A stretch of 62,914 bases of DNA, filler included, from Choristocarpus tenellus KU-1152 (taxonomy: Eukaryota; Protista; Phaeophyceae), in the NCBI GenBank assembly GCA_964200185.2. It is 12 parts of 12 records of this genome, joined end to end, with 100 filler letters (N's around TTAATTAATTAA, not from the genome) between each part and the next. Parts side by side here need not be neighbours in the genome. Positions count along the whole stretch, not along the records: positions 6,714 to 16,485 come from CAXNAD020003405.1; positions 16,586 to 23,873 come from CAXNAD020006401.1; positions 23,974 to 28,152 come from CAXNAD020015827.1; 9 more parts are not named here. One strand, given 5' to 3'. A model generated the notes under the pieces. That model was not told the DNA's origin and did no database searches. It worked only from the letters and a program-made list of their open reading frames with translations. Positions 13,501 to 25,032 of this stretch are shown piece by piece. The position numbers were made by a program, and so were the translations under genes. Each line of letters begins with the position of its first letter. The stretch's first letter is position 1.

Positions 13501-16264
13501 AAGCTCCAATCGCCTAACAATTGTTGGTCCTTGGCAAACACCTTTGAATGTAAATGGAATATGCATTTACAATGTATGCCTAAGAAGCTATCAGCGTGAG
13601 TGTAGCTTCATCAAGCTCCCACAGCCAAATCAATATTAACCCCAAGGGGCACATAGCTCTCTACATAGTATGTAGTATATGCATGTTGAGGAGGTGTGAT
13701 TATGTATTACGCACTTACACTTAATTCTGTGTAGGGGTTTCTCCAAGCAAGTGTAGTGTTACATCATGTTACACTTAAACATTGAGTGAAAGTATCTTAG
13801 AGGGTACGAGTTTTACCCTGTTTGTCCATTTGGGGCTTGGTTTCTCTGGGGTTTTATGACATTCTCCTACTCCAAAATATCTCGGAGTATGTAAAAATGT
13901 ATACGTTATGAAACGTGTCTCCGGAACAAGGATACTGACACTTCCTAAAACACACGATAGCCAAATTTACATCGAAATCACAGCATTGGATTTTGATCCC
14001 CAAATGGACGCGACTCTACCCTCTAAGATACTTTGGCTCATTTCTTCATCGCAGTGTAATCTGTGTAATGTGCCTACTCCACGTACCTGTTGTGTATTAG
14101 GTCCATAAAATTTTAATGACTGCAGTGAACATATGAGTGAAATTCACAAAGGAGAAGCGTGGGAGGTCGGCTGTTGATGGTTTCTCTTTGAGTCTGAGCA
14201 TAGCCTCTTCCTTCTATTCGATTGGCCTAGACAGTCACTTTAGTACGATTAAGGTAGACTTGATTTCATCATTTCACTTTATCCGCATAAGGACAACACT
14301 ACTGCTTTGGGCAATTGCTGCGTGGGGCACCACTGTGACTACTGGATGCATCTTCCAATTGGCACGGTTTTGTGAGGCGCATGCCATCAATTTCCTCTAC
14401 TCATGCCGACCCTTGCTCTTCCCACTCCTTGGAACCGTACACAAGGCAACCAAGCATCTGCGTAAATCATGTTCTAGTCGATGCCTTGTTCTGTGATAGC
14501 CATTACCTCCTAGCCTATCAGTGCAGCAGTATGGTGATCTCGCCACTTCATCATACATTGATATTATTATTTGTCTAATTCAGTCTGGGGGGTAGGAACC
14601 ACTACTTCAACCCTACCTAGCCCCAACTTGTTGTTAGAGACACAACGTACTACAAAGCTTCATACAATGAGGGGATTGAGTTCATTGCTTGGTTGGAGTA
14701 AATTCTTCTTGCCTAGCTGTAAGAGTCTGCAATTAAGTGGACACTAGCCCAATGCAGTCTTTCCATTCGATAAGCACTTCTGAAAGAACACTGATGGTGT
14801 GGCTCGCTTTTGTTCACTTGATCTGTTTGTGCAACTATGGAACTGCAAGATGACTCTTGAGATTCTGAAATCCAGGAAGGAGACCAAAAACATAAAAAGA
14901 AGGAAGCATAAAGAGAGGATGTCAAAGGAACCAACTGACGTGACCCTCAATCCCGGATCAATGAGCACAACAAAAAGTCATGACAATGCCATCAGTGACG
15001 CGCTAGCAGAGGGTTCGTCTCAGGGCTTGCAGCTACTGACCAAGGGGAAAGGGGGAGAGCTAGTTGTGTCATCTAGGGGTGAAGGCACAGCTGAGGCAAG
15101 GCACAAGGCAGTGATAGAAGAGTTGCAACGGAGTCGTGATCAGGTTTGAAACCCTTCAGCATACACTTTAGAAAAAAGATGCAAACAAAAAAACAGGATT
15201 GTGTTGCTTGTGAATTGCTGGGAAGGTCAAGATATCATTGTAAAATTGGGGCAAAATTTAAGTTGTTTCATAATCACGTTGTGATTTATGGAGTAATGAA
15301 CCAAATTTCATTGTGACTAGCAGCAGGCTCAAAACTATCTGAGGGGGGGGGGGATCTACACCAGGGTGTCCATTCAGGCCCTGACCAGGAAAAGTGACCT
15401 TATAGTATCCATCCGAGGCATGCGATTAAATCACCCCAAAATCGTGACATGGAAAATTGGACCCCGAATGGACAACCACCACCCACCACCCCCCCCCCAG
15501 ATACTTTGAGCCAGCACAAAATGTTCAGAATAGAACTGAGTTATCTTATACCTCTAGAGGGAGAAGAGATTGCATTACTTCTATGCTGGAAGGACCTGAT
15601 GAGAGCACCTCCTTACATGTAATTTCTACAATGCCACACACTTTTTCTTTGGGTAAAGCTCTAAATCTCTAGTTTATTGATGTCACTGCAGTTGTGAAGA
15701 GCAGTTGTTTGTTAGGCCAGAGCAACAAAGATGTTCATGCCCGGAAAAGAGGTGCATGTCACTTTAGAAGGATAAGGAGCCACAGAGTGACAAAACGTAA
15801 TTTGGAGTTTGGTAGTTTCTCAAATCGGGGGGGAATAGAATCATAGTATATTGGCTCAATGAAAGAAACTTCTGCATTGGCAAGATATGGTGTAGAGAGT
15901 AGCCTGCTGTGTAGACCTGCGGCTTCTGGCCAAAGATTTGCAATTGACCTTTGACACTCCAATTGCATTCACATTCACACTTCTATATAGAACAGGGGGG
16001 TGGAGGCCCTCAATGCACTCTCATATCTGTCTTTTCCTGTCACAAAAATACTGTGTGGGGAAACCGAGGTCATGCAAGCAATGACATTGCTAGAATTTCC
16101 TTTTCTCGACCCCCTTTAATTAGATTCGAGGTGTTATTCCCTCCATGTGTACTCTTGATGCAGGTTGCCAGTAATCGCAGACTCCGGCAAGAACGTCAGT
16201 CGTTACAAGACAGAGCTATGCTGGAAACTCTACGGATAGCAGAAGACAAGACGACAACTCCAAG
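7544..16264 (+). CDS. Partial multi-exon gene for a protein with WW-like repeats, an IQ motif and a C-terminal coiled coil; exons 7544-7662, 8947-9322, 9820-9957, 11004-11231, 11524-11745, 12444-12650, 12977-13077, 13302-13443, 14850-15143, 16164-16264
   Basis: All exons are AG/GT-bounded and phase-compatible. Peptides include YTTYLDRETSCLFYHDQ and WHEYQDRDTGLNFYFCSQLDKSRFLIP (WW-like), RRIQRTWRFKKR (IQ-like) and K/R/E-rich helices. An extra exon near 10180 and the exact acceptor near 10933/11004 are unresolved. Confidence 0.75.
8329..8511. mobile_element. MITE family A, full length (intronic)
   Basis: TIRs ggctcaaagtatctggggg / cccccagataccttgaggc; flanks tcac/tcat (4-bp TSD, 1 mismatch). 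Confidence 0.9.
10326..10585. mobile_element. MITE family E (older, about 260 bp)
   Basis: Ends gagccaaaagtagttgagagg / cctctcaattactttagtttc; flanks aaat/aaag. The interior aligns by eye with 22567-22827 and, inverted, with 28626-28893. Confidence 0.75.
10659..10833. mobile_element. MITE family A, full length
   Basis: TIRs ggctcaaagtatct / agatactttgagcc; flanks agat/agac. Confidence 0.92.
13784..14039. mobile_element. MITE family B, full length (about 260 bp)
   Basis: TIRs gagtgaaagtatcttagagggta / taccctctaagatactttggctc; 3-bp TSD att/att. Confidence 0.92.
15326..15512. mobile_element. MITE family A, full length
   Basis: TIRs ggctcaaaactatctg / cagatactttgagcc; perfect 4-bp TSD agca/agca. 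Confidence 0.92.
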
Positions 16265-16456
16265 GTCAGGACAGTCATTGCACTCAGTTGGTGCACAACT
16301 TCCTGTAGGACCTTAGTGATAGGGATGAAGTTACCACCTGAAGTGAAATATGGTCTCATCACCTGCAGGTGTGAACAGATCTACTCCAGAGTATAATATA
16401 GTGGCTATTGCAGCTATATCTTCAGTTGCCTGCACAATCTTCAGAACAGGTGCCAT

Positions 16457-16485
16457 GGCCAAAAGTATCTAGGGGGGGGAGGGTG
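16457..16485. mobile_element. Family-A-type TIR at a contig end
   Basis: ggccaaaagtatctagggggggg running into the gap. Confidence 0.7.
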
Positions 16486-16585
16486 NNNNNNNNNNNNNNN
16501 NNNNNNNNNNNNNNNNNNNNNNNNNNNNNTTAATTAATTAANNNNNNNNNNNNNNNNNNNNNNNNNNNNNNNNNNNNNNNNNNNN

Positions 16586-16652
16586 CAAAATCACAACATT
16601 GTATTTTGATCCCCAAATGGACGCGGCTCTACCCTCTAAGATACTTTGACTC
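16586..16652. mobile_element. MITE family B right end at a contig start
   Basis: ccccaaatggacgcggctctaccctctaagatactttgactc. Confidence 0.88.
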
Positions 16653-17632
16653 TAGGAGTCTCAACCCTCGAAATTCAAATTGGCGTACATAAGACGCATG
16701 TACACCAAGAATGTCCTCATCAAGGGGGCTGTCCTGGAGGTCGCCATACAAGTTATGAACGACCTAAAAAGGAAAGACGAGCTCGGGATAGACCCCTACG
16801 CCAAAGACTCCTCAGAAGGGTCTTCAGCAGAGGTCCTCCTGCCAAAAAATACATCCTCAGCGATGAGGTACTCAACTGAGTGTGAGGTTGATCATCTCAT
16901 CTCTCCACCGTACTTCAGTCCGTATCAAGCCACCTCACAATAAACGCCCTGATAGCGCACATTAATGCAACCCCCTAAAATCCGCAGGTGACAAGGGACC
17001 TCGTGTTGAGGATGTGGAGGAGGGTACAAAATACCTGGACGTCAAATACTCTGAAGGCGTTACCCTGAACAGCAGTGACGAACACACAGGCAAGCAATTA
17101 CATCATTGTACAATATCGCCATAGGTTTACATCCAAACATGGTTCCCTACACCAAACACGAAACCTAGACTCTCACAGATCTTACCAACTTTTGACAGTT
17201 TCACTATGAACATTGTCACAGGGTTCTCCGGTTTTATATGTTGCGAAGTTGCTTATCGAACAGATTGATTTATACTTTCGCTGTATTGTACCAATCAACA
17301 GAACCCGGCAAAAGAAGGGAAATTATGTCGCGGTTACATGCTAGTCCTATACGCATCCTCTTCACCCTATGTTACCAGCCCTGTATATCTTCCTGTTTAA
17401 TGGGCCAGAATAATCCGCCCAAGTTTAACGAACCACAAGTACTCCAATCCATCTATCCTTTCCTCAGCCCCTGCCTCCTCCTCTGTATCCTGCCTCGCTT
17501 ACTCCTTCTCACCAACCCCTATCCCATCCCTTGCCTCCTAACGCTAACACCTCCCCCTATTGTTTTGACCCGTACTTCGCCACGTCCTTTGCCTACTCCC
17601 CCACCATCACAGCGATAACTAGAGTCACAACG

Positions 17633-19091
17633 ATGGTGATCACACCCTAACAAGACGTGACACATCCAAGCACGACCTGGAGAAGTTCAGGTCCGAAACG
17701 AGCGCCGCTCACGAGAGAGAAGTCGCCCTTCTCCAGACCCGACCAGGAGGCGTGGTAATCACATGCACCGCCCTCGATGAACAAGTCTGAAGGCGATGGG
17801 GACCGACCCGTTTCCAACGCTTTGTCAGGTCCAGAGAAACTTGTAGAGGAGGACGTAGGTGGGCGCTCAGGCACGGGATCTGAGTCCACGCCTTGGGGGA
17901 GTGTTTGGCGAATGTCCCCAAACACCCATTCGGTGGGCAGCGGCGGCGACGAGTCCCAAGTGCCAGGGGACACCTACGACCATACTGTGAGGCGAAGTGA
18001 GAACCGCGCCCATGGCCATCCCACCCCCACCCCGAGGGACAAACCTTCCGAGAAGGGCAAAGGAAAGGGGAAAAGGATTCTACTTAATAAGAAGAGGGTG
18101 ATAGAAGACTCCGAAGATGATGGGGACCGACCCGTTTCCAACGCTTTGTCAGGTCCAGAGGAATGTAGAGGAGGACGTGGGTGGGCGTTCAAGCGTGGAC
18201 TCAGAGTCCATGCCTTGGGGGAGTGACCCTGGAATGTCCCCAAACGCCCATTCGGTGGGCAACGGCGGCGACAAGTCCCAAGTGCCAGGGAACACCTACG
18301 ACCATAGTGGGAGGCGAAATGAGAACTGCACTCATGGCCATCCCACGCCAACCCCGAGGGACAAGCCTTCCAAGAATGGCATAGGAAAGGGGAAAAGGAT
18401 TCTAGTTAGGAAGAAGAGGATGAGAGAAGGTGCTGGACGGATGAGACCCTTCAAACAGCCTCGTGGTACTGATGTGAGAGCTTTAGAATCTGGCTTCTTC
18501 ACAGACGTCTTCACTCCCTCCAAAATGGGCAGATACGTGATAAATACGTCTTCATCTACATCGAGGTATGATGATGACAAAGAAAGATCATTTCATGGTG
18601 ATGCGGATTGCGTCACACAGGACGCGGCCGATTCTGGCGATGCATCTCATTTGGGGATGACCGAAGCCTTCATGGAGGTGTGCCTTACCGATCTCCTACG
18701 ATCAGCAATGAAATCTGCTTCTGCACAATATCGAGTGCAGACTAAAATCCTCAACCAGGTCATATACGACCATGGATTCAGGATCAGCAAGGTCGGTAAA
18801 GGGGCGGATTCTCTTGTTTTCGGGGACGAATGCGACGTCCATGAACCCACACGGGTTAAACTCGGCCATCGTGGAGGGAAGCCAGGCAACACGTTGCGTC
18901 CCGAGCATGTGGAAGCACTCCAGGCGTGGAAGGCTATCCTCTTGAGCCTCGTGAGGCCCGAACCTTGGAACGCCAGATACTCCACACATCTAAATATATG
19001 GCACCTTCTTGTCAAGGCATACCCTAAGCTCATGGAGTGGTGGGAGAAGGGTGATGAATGCAATTTCGAGTCCACCCACCAATTGAAATAG
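17633..19091 (+). pseudogene. Disrupted intronless ORF of unknown, probably TE-derived, origin with an internal 108-codon tandem duplication
   Basis: The 17777 and 18117 ORFs join across a 2-bp deletion in repeat copy 2. There are two in-frame stops upstream of 17777. No confident family assignment. Confidence 0.55.
17786..18431 (+). repeat. Tandem duplication: 324-bp unit (17786-18109) plus 322-bp copy (18110-18431)
   Basis: Both copies contain gatggggaccgacccgtttccaacgctttgtcaggtccagag near the start and ggaaaggggaaaaggattcta...aagaagagg near the end. Confidence 0.93.
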
Positions 19092-19909
19092 GGATTCAGA
19101 CGTTTCAGTTTTTTGTTGAAGTACGGGTAGAGTTACAGGTACTGATTTGTGCATCAGTGTACCTTGCCTTGGTGTCCGACTACCATGTTCATACACTTCC
19201 CATTCGATAATGAGTTACGCATTTAGACAGTGGTATCAGATACAATTGCTACCATTGAAAGTCGTCAGCGTATCATATATCATGCTCACATTGAGGATTA
19301 GACTTGTGTTATTATTAATGTAAAATAACGTGTCTGCTACAAGGTTTTAGACAACTAAAATATAATACATCAATCAAATAACTCTTCCTCATCTTCTCAG
19401 ATAACCTTTCCAAACAATTTGCCAGGGCCAGTGATGGATACCTCGTCCTTCTCAAAGCCGCTATTTATTCCTTGATCACTATAACGCACCTCCCCCCTAC
19501 TTCTCAATACTCTATGCACCATCTCATGCTTTGCCCAAGTGTCGACAAACTAGAATTGATCTCGTCCTCCTTCGAATCTTGGAGGATCATATACTGAAGT
19601 CCACACACGATGCTCCTAAGCACAGCACCAACCCAGGACCTCTGGAAGTGCACCTTGAACTACTTTCAGAGAAACGTACGACAATAGACGCTGACCAATA
19701 ATCACTCGTATACACCTCCAGATTCCGCCCACACCGTACATGAGAGATATAATACATTAACCCGAAAACAAAACCTGACCTTTTCCCCTTCCTTCATACC
19801 AACAATTTCAACCCTAACACCCTCAGCGACAACCGCGTCTTGTTACATACTAAATCCAACACGTACATGCAAACAAATGAGGTATTATATTTAAACTGTA
19901 CATTATATA

Positions 19910-20218
19910 GAGGGAAAGTACCTTAGAGGGTACGAGAGTTGCCCTTTTGTCCCTTTGGTGCTTGGCTCCTCATGGCTTTTTGACATTTTCCTACTCGAAA
20001 ATGTTTTGTAGTAGGTAAAATGTATACTTTATGAAAAGGTATGTGTGGAACAAGAACATCGACACTTCCTAACAAACATGATAGGTAAAATTCCATCAAA
20101 ATCGCAACATTGGATAATTGACACTTCCTAACAAACACAATAGGTAAACATCAAAATCACAACATTGGATTTTGAACCCCAAATGGACAGCGCTCTACCC
20201 TCTAAGATACTTTGACTC
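19910..20218. mobile_element. MITE family B with an internal duplication of about 55 bp
   Basis: TIRs gagggaaagtaccttagagggta / taccctctaagatactttgactc; TSD tata/tata; gacacttcctaacaaaca...aacattggat occurs twice (about 20061 and 20120). Confidence 0.92.
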
Positions 20219-20355
20219 TATATCAGTTTTGGTTCCTCATGCTCACACTAGGAGAACAGACCCAAACTGACAGTCCTCTTTCTGTACACACCAGACACGA
20301 CTCAAGCAAGCAAATAAACGAAAAAAACAACCTCCCAACAACCCATATTCTTTTT

Positions 20356-20616
20356 GAGTGAAAGTGTCTTAGAGGGTACGAGTTTTGCCCTGTTTGTCCA
20401 TTAGGGGCTTGGTTTCTCCCACGGGTTTTTTTATGATATTTTCCTACTCCAAAACGTTCAGGAGTAGGTAAAATGTATACGTTATGAAAGGGTGTGTCTG
20501 GAACAAGGATATTGGCACTTACTAACAAACACGATAGCCAACATTACATCAAAACTTCAACATTGGATTTTGGCCCCCAAATGGACGCGGCCTTACCCTC
20601 TAAGTTACTTTGACTC
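20356..20616. mobile_element. MITE family B, full length
   Basis: TIRs gagtgaaagtgtcttagagggta / taccctctaagttactttgactc; flanked by T runs on both sides. Confidence 0.92.
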
Positions 20617-20904
20617 TTTTTCAATTCCTCATCCAACAGTGGGAAAACACACCCTAACCGACAGCTTTCTTCATATGTCAAACAAATCCCACTCATGCAA
20701 CCAAACAAACCAATATCCAGCCCTGGAACAACCTAACCCATATCTCTTATTCTTTATCGTAACTGCACGACCACATACAAAAACCAATAGTTCAGTTTCA
20801 ACGGACTGGAAATCCGACACATGCAAACATCCAAACTCCTAACCAAACCCAAATAAATGGTGGTATATAGTCCCGTTCCTCTTGCGTACACAAGGACAGA
20901 AAGG

Positions 20905-21038
20905 AACCTGACCAACAGTCTTCCCTTTGTAGCTGACATTTCAAATCCGACACGTGCGACCAAATCACATCAAAAAGTGAAAATCGAAAAAAGGGTGAAA
21001 TACGGACGCCGACACCCCCCCCCCAGATAATTTGACCC
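20905..21038. mobile_element. MITE family C, partial
   Basis: Interior matches 47899-48077 (gctgacatt.caaatccgaca.gtgcga.caaatcaca...cggacgccgacac); right TIR cccagataatttgaccc. Confidence 0.85.
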
Positions 21039-21282
21039 TCCAGTGTTGTTGGATCCGAGATTAGATGCACCGATGCTCCAGAGTCCACAGCCCATTCTTG
21101 TCACTCTCCTGTCATGTGAGGGCTTGCGGCCTGCGAAACTGTGCCCATCGTAGCAGAAGTGGTAATCATTAACCCTCCCATCACTCCAGGCCACAAAGTC
21201 CCCACCTGCCTTGTCGCTGACCTTGCATCACAATTTTTTGTGATTGACCTCACTGTGATGTAGCACTCGCCAGCCCCCTTGA

Positions 21283-21464
21283 GGCTCAAAGTATCTGGGG
21301 GGGGTGGTGGTGGTTGTCCATTTGGGGTCAATTTTTTTATGTCTCAATTTTTGTGTGATTTGGTTACAGACGTCGGATGGATAATATAAGTGCACTTTTC
21401 CTAGTTTTGGCCCAAATGGACACCCTGGTGTAGATCGCCCCCACCCCCCCAGATACTTTGGGTC
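21283..21464. mobile_element. MITE family A, full length
   Basis: TIRs ggctcaaagtatctggggg / cccccagatactttgggtc; perfect 4-bp TSD ttga/ttga. Confidence 0.93.
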
Positions 21465-21709
21465 TTGATGTAGTCAACACCTATATTTGCTCGAGCTTTT
21501 TTTTGTTTGCCGATGCAGTCTTTTCCAAATTGGGAAAGATTTCCACTACATGACACTTGTTTTCCCCAAGAACTCTTCAGTGTGTTGAATAGCTTCACAC
21601 AGGAAAGGCCCATCACCAGAAGCTGCTGGTTGAGTTACATGGTGAACATACACTGTTTATTAATTACCCATTAGTATTTGTCTTTGCCATTCATAATCAC
21701 TGAGAGAGT

Positions 21710-21885
21710 GGCTCAAAGTATCTGGGGGGGGTGGCGGCTGTCCATTCAGGGTCCATTTTTCCATGTCACGATTTTTGGGTGAATTTGGTTGCATGCGTCG
21801 GATGGGTAAGGTAAGTTCACTTCTACTGTTCAGGGCCCAAATAGAAACCCTGGTGTAGACCCCCCCCCCCCAGATACTTTGAGCC
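21710..21885. mobile_element. MITE family A inserted into the terminus of a family B copy
   Basis: Perfect TIRs ggctcaaagtatctgggggggg / cccccccccagatactttgagcc; 3-bp TSD agt/agt. Confidence 0.93.
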
Positions 21886-22331
21886 AGTCAAAGTATCTTA
21901 GAGGGTGAAGCCGCGTCCATTTGGGGACAAAACTCCAAAATTGCGACTTGATGTAATTTTGACTATCTTGTTTTTTAGGAAGTGTCAATATCCTTTCTCT
22001 AGACACACCTTTTCATAATGTATACATTTTACCTACTCCGAAGTGTTTCCGAGTAGGTAATATGTCATAAAAGAGCCAAAGTGTCTTAGAGGGTAGATCC
22101 GTATCCATTTGGGGGCCACAACCCAGTGTTGCGATTTTGATGTAGTTTTGGCTATCGTGTTTGTTAGGAAGTGTCAATATCCTTGTTCCGGACACACCTT
22201 TTCATAACATACACATTTTACCTACTCAAAATGTTTTGTAGTAGGAAAGTGTCATAAATAAAAAAAATGGGAAGCCAAGCCCCAAATGGACAAACAGGGC
22301 AAAACTCGTACCCTCCAACATACGTTCACTC
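21886..22331. mobile_element. Two head-to-tail MITE family B copies (truncated 21886-22070; full 22073-22331)
   Basis: Two left TIRs ((g)agtcaaagtatcttagagggt and gagccaaagtgtcttagagggta), a duplicated interior, and one degenerate right TIR taccctccaacatacgttcactc. Confidence 0.88.
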
Positions 22332-22566
22332 TGACGTATGGATAAATGCTCACTCATCACTACTGCTCTATGTGTAAATTACTCATTTGTATTGTACCTA
22401 GCTAAAGGTAAACGTACATGAAAGTATATTACATACCTGTATCAGCACAAACAACGGAAGCGTAACCACAGTTACTCGACACAGTGCTTGGTTTCAGGCA
22501 TAACTGGCACATTGCCGTGGTCCCCTTGCCTGCTGCCGACAATATCCTTACTCCAGCTTCAGACAT

Positions 22567-22827
22567 GAGCTAAACCAATCGAAAGTAGGCAGATTTGGAC
22601 CCTTTTTGTATTCTAAGCCATCTTTCTTACCTTGTACAATACACTCTATTTCGTTGCTATATGTGCTCAATAGTGTACACATAATTGAAATCCCTCCTTT
22701 CCACTCACAACGTGACACCACAAACGAGCAACGACTCTTTTTTCATCCGTATAAAATGGCGTGTTATTGTCCTTTCTCAGGAACATTAAAATGCAACCTT
22801 GCCTACTTCTCTCAATTGACATGGCTC
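22567..22827. mobile_element. MITE family E inside the copia gag remnant
   Basis: Ends gagctaaaccaatcgaaagtaggcag / ttgcctacttctctcaattgacatggctc; flanks acat/acct. Confidence 0.75.
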
Positions 22828-23833
22828 ACCTCTCCAACTGAATCCTTTCATAATGATGAGTGATGAATCCCTCTATTTTCGTACAGGTCGACCTGCTGTC
22901 TCTATCAAGAATTCTTCGCCCACGTCTTGTAATTTTCGGAAAATGTACTTATGATCGTGACATTGATCTGGTCCTCAGTCACAGGTATCCTGTGTTGCTT
23001 TAGTTTGCTAGCGATATGGTCGAGCTGCAGGGCGATCTTTTTTATGTCCTTACTTAGCTGTGTTTTCATTGAATAGAATTTGTGAAGAAGACGTCCCTGC
23101 GCACTTGAATCCCTCGGCACGGCAGTACTGATTCAACTGTCACTAATCTGACTTGGTGATCCACCGGTCGGAGTGATCTTGAAAGTGACTCCCTTGCAGG
23201 TGGCAACGCGTGAAACCCATGCTCTATACTTCAGCCTTCTGAAGGTGCCCTTGGTCTTTGCAGTTGAAGTTTTGTCCACCCCTAGCTTGATATCGTCCTG
23301 GTACATTGATTGCACCCACGTAACAGAGAAATATGGTCTATGCCAGGTGCACCTTGTGCCAGTTCTACTAGTCCTCTCATTCTCCTGACAAGCTCCACTT
23401 CCAGGTTCATGATCCCCCCTTTCTAGGCGGTGCTTGTCGCTGTTGTTGCAAATCAGACAGTCATACAGATCATCTCAGCGAGTTCCTCCATCAAAATATT
23501 CAAGTTTCCATCTTCACCCGACCTTATAACTCCCTGCGAACCAACAAGAGGATGACTTGCTTATGGCGGCTTTTCAACAAAGATTACAACGTGTTTGAAG
23601 AGGCCATTGTTGTTCGCTGAAACCTTTTTTTCCTTTGACTGTCGAACCTCAGGTTAAAGGTGTTTTATGCTTTAATACATCATTTATCCATTTTCCATTT
23701 GTTGCTAAACCACACGCTCATATCAGTTCCTTTGGTTGGAACTTCAAGCTAGGTTGAAAATTGGAGTGTAATCATGTGGGACCCCCTCTTGTTCACCTGT
23801 AGACTTCTATGACAACTCATATAAGTTCCTTCA

Positions 23834-23873
23834 GGCTCAAAGTATCTGGGAGGGGGTGGCGGCTGTCCATTTG
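23834..23873. mobile_element. MITE family A end at a contig end
   Basis: ggctcaaagtatctgggagggggtggcggctgtccatttg running into the gap. Confidence 0.88.
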
Positions 23874-25032
23874 NNNNNNNNNNNNNNNNNNNNNNNNNNN
23901 NNNNNNNNNNNNNNNNNTTAATTAATTAANNNNNNNNNNNNNNNNNNNNNNNNNNNNNNNNNNNNNNNNNNNNGTATTCTTGATCTAACTCTAACTTCCC
24001 ATAAAACAAACTACAGCGGGTGGTCAGGATCGGCTTCGTGGTGAAGAATAGATAATGTTGGACATGCCACCACCAGTGGCTGTAATCCCTCAAGCACAAC
24101 CCTAGCGCAAGTGGAAACACGGAGAAACCTTCCATACAGTGGTCGGTACAATCTGATAGACGAACACGACTTGTTACGACGAATTGGCATCATCTATGCC
24201 ATCATCAATACTGCGCCATCTCTCATTGTTATAGATGGTTTATATATATTAAAGCTAGCTAGAGTGCCCAACTCATCCCCGTTGCCACTAATGTCTCTAA
24301 AAACATGTTACCGAGGAATTGTTGCAAGTGATCATAACTCTCACAATTTCTGAAATGGTGTTTTCTACACTGCCTCGAAAAGGGGTATCCCTTTGATTCT
24401 GGCACCTACTCACTATGCTGTGTTGTGAGTGGTACAATAGTATGAGAAGTATCATACAATATTTTGTGATGTATTTTACACCTCTGTGTACAGGTCCAGA
24501 TAATCCCCAGATAAATGTCATGTGATGTAAATAATATTGAACATGATAAAACAAACTATGATTAAATGTACATACTTCGTTGCATACACTAGAAACTGTC
24601 CCAACCAATAATCAGAGGCGCCAATATAGTAGACTTAGGGTTTTTGTCAAGTTGTTTCGTGGGAAAGGGCAGGATATGTAAGCGTGAAGCAACCCCACCC
24701 TCTCCTAGCCACCAAAATTGCAAAATGAGTACGATACGGAAAAGTTCGAACGTGGAAAATTCATTGAGAGCATATACATCCCACCAACCACAAACCTGTA
24801 AGGATGGTACTCCACATTACGATGAATAGTAGACGATTTTTAATATCTCTTACGATATATGGAAACAAGCACTCACAACTCGGAAACTGTAAGATCGTTA
24901 CATGTACAGTTTACCCTCTACAGTTGCTGCGTTAGTGAGGGACGAAGTTATCTAGGTCTCGCAGTTCTCGGCTGCGTTCGCATACAATATCTCGAATATC
25001 AACTTGTGCATCTGATAGATACTCTATCATCT

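Larger units (their letters stand above)
21039..23400 (-). mobile_element. Decayed Ty1/copia retrotransposon gag-protease region, split by several MITE insertions
   Basis: The minus strand gives a copia gag (UBN2/gag2-like) peptide LLHKFYSMK...LDHIASKLKQHRIPVTEDQINVTIISTFSENY (22905-23120), a degenerate knuckle CQLCLKP...NC (about 22470-22515), and the protease motif WAVDSGASVHL (about 21060-21095), in the expected order. Boundaries are approximate and no LTRs were identified. Confidence 0.75.
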
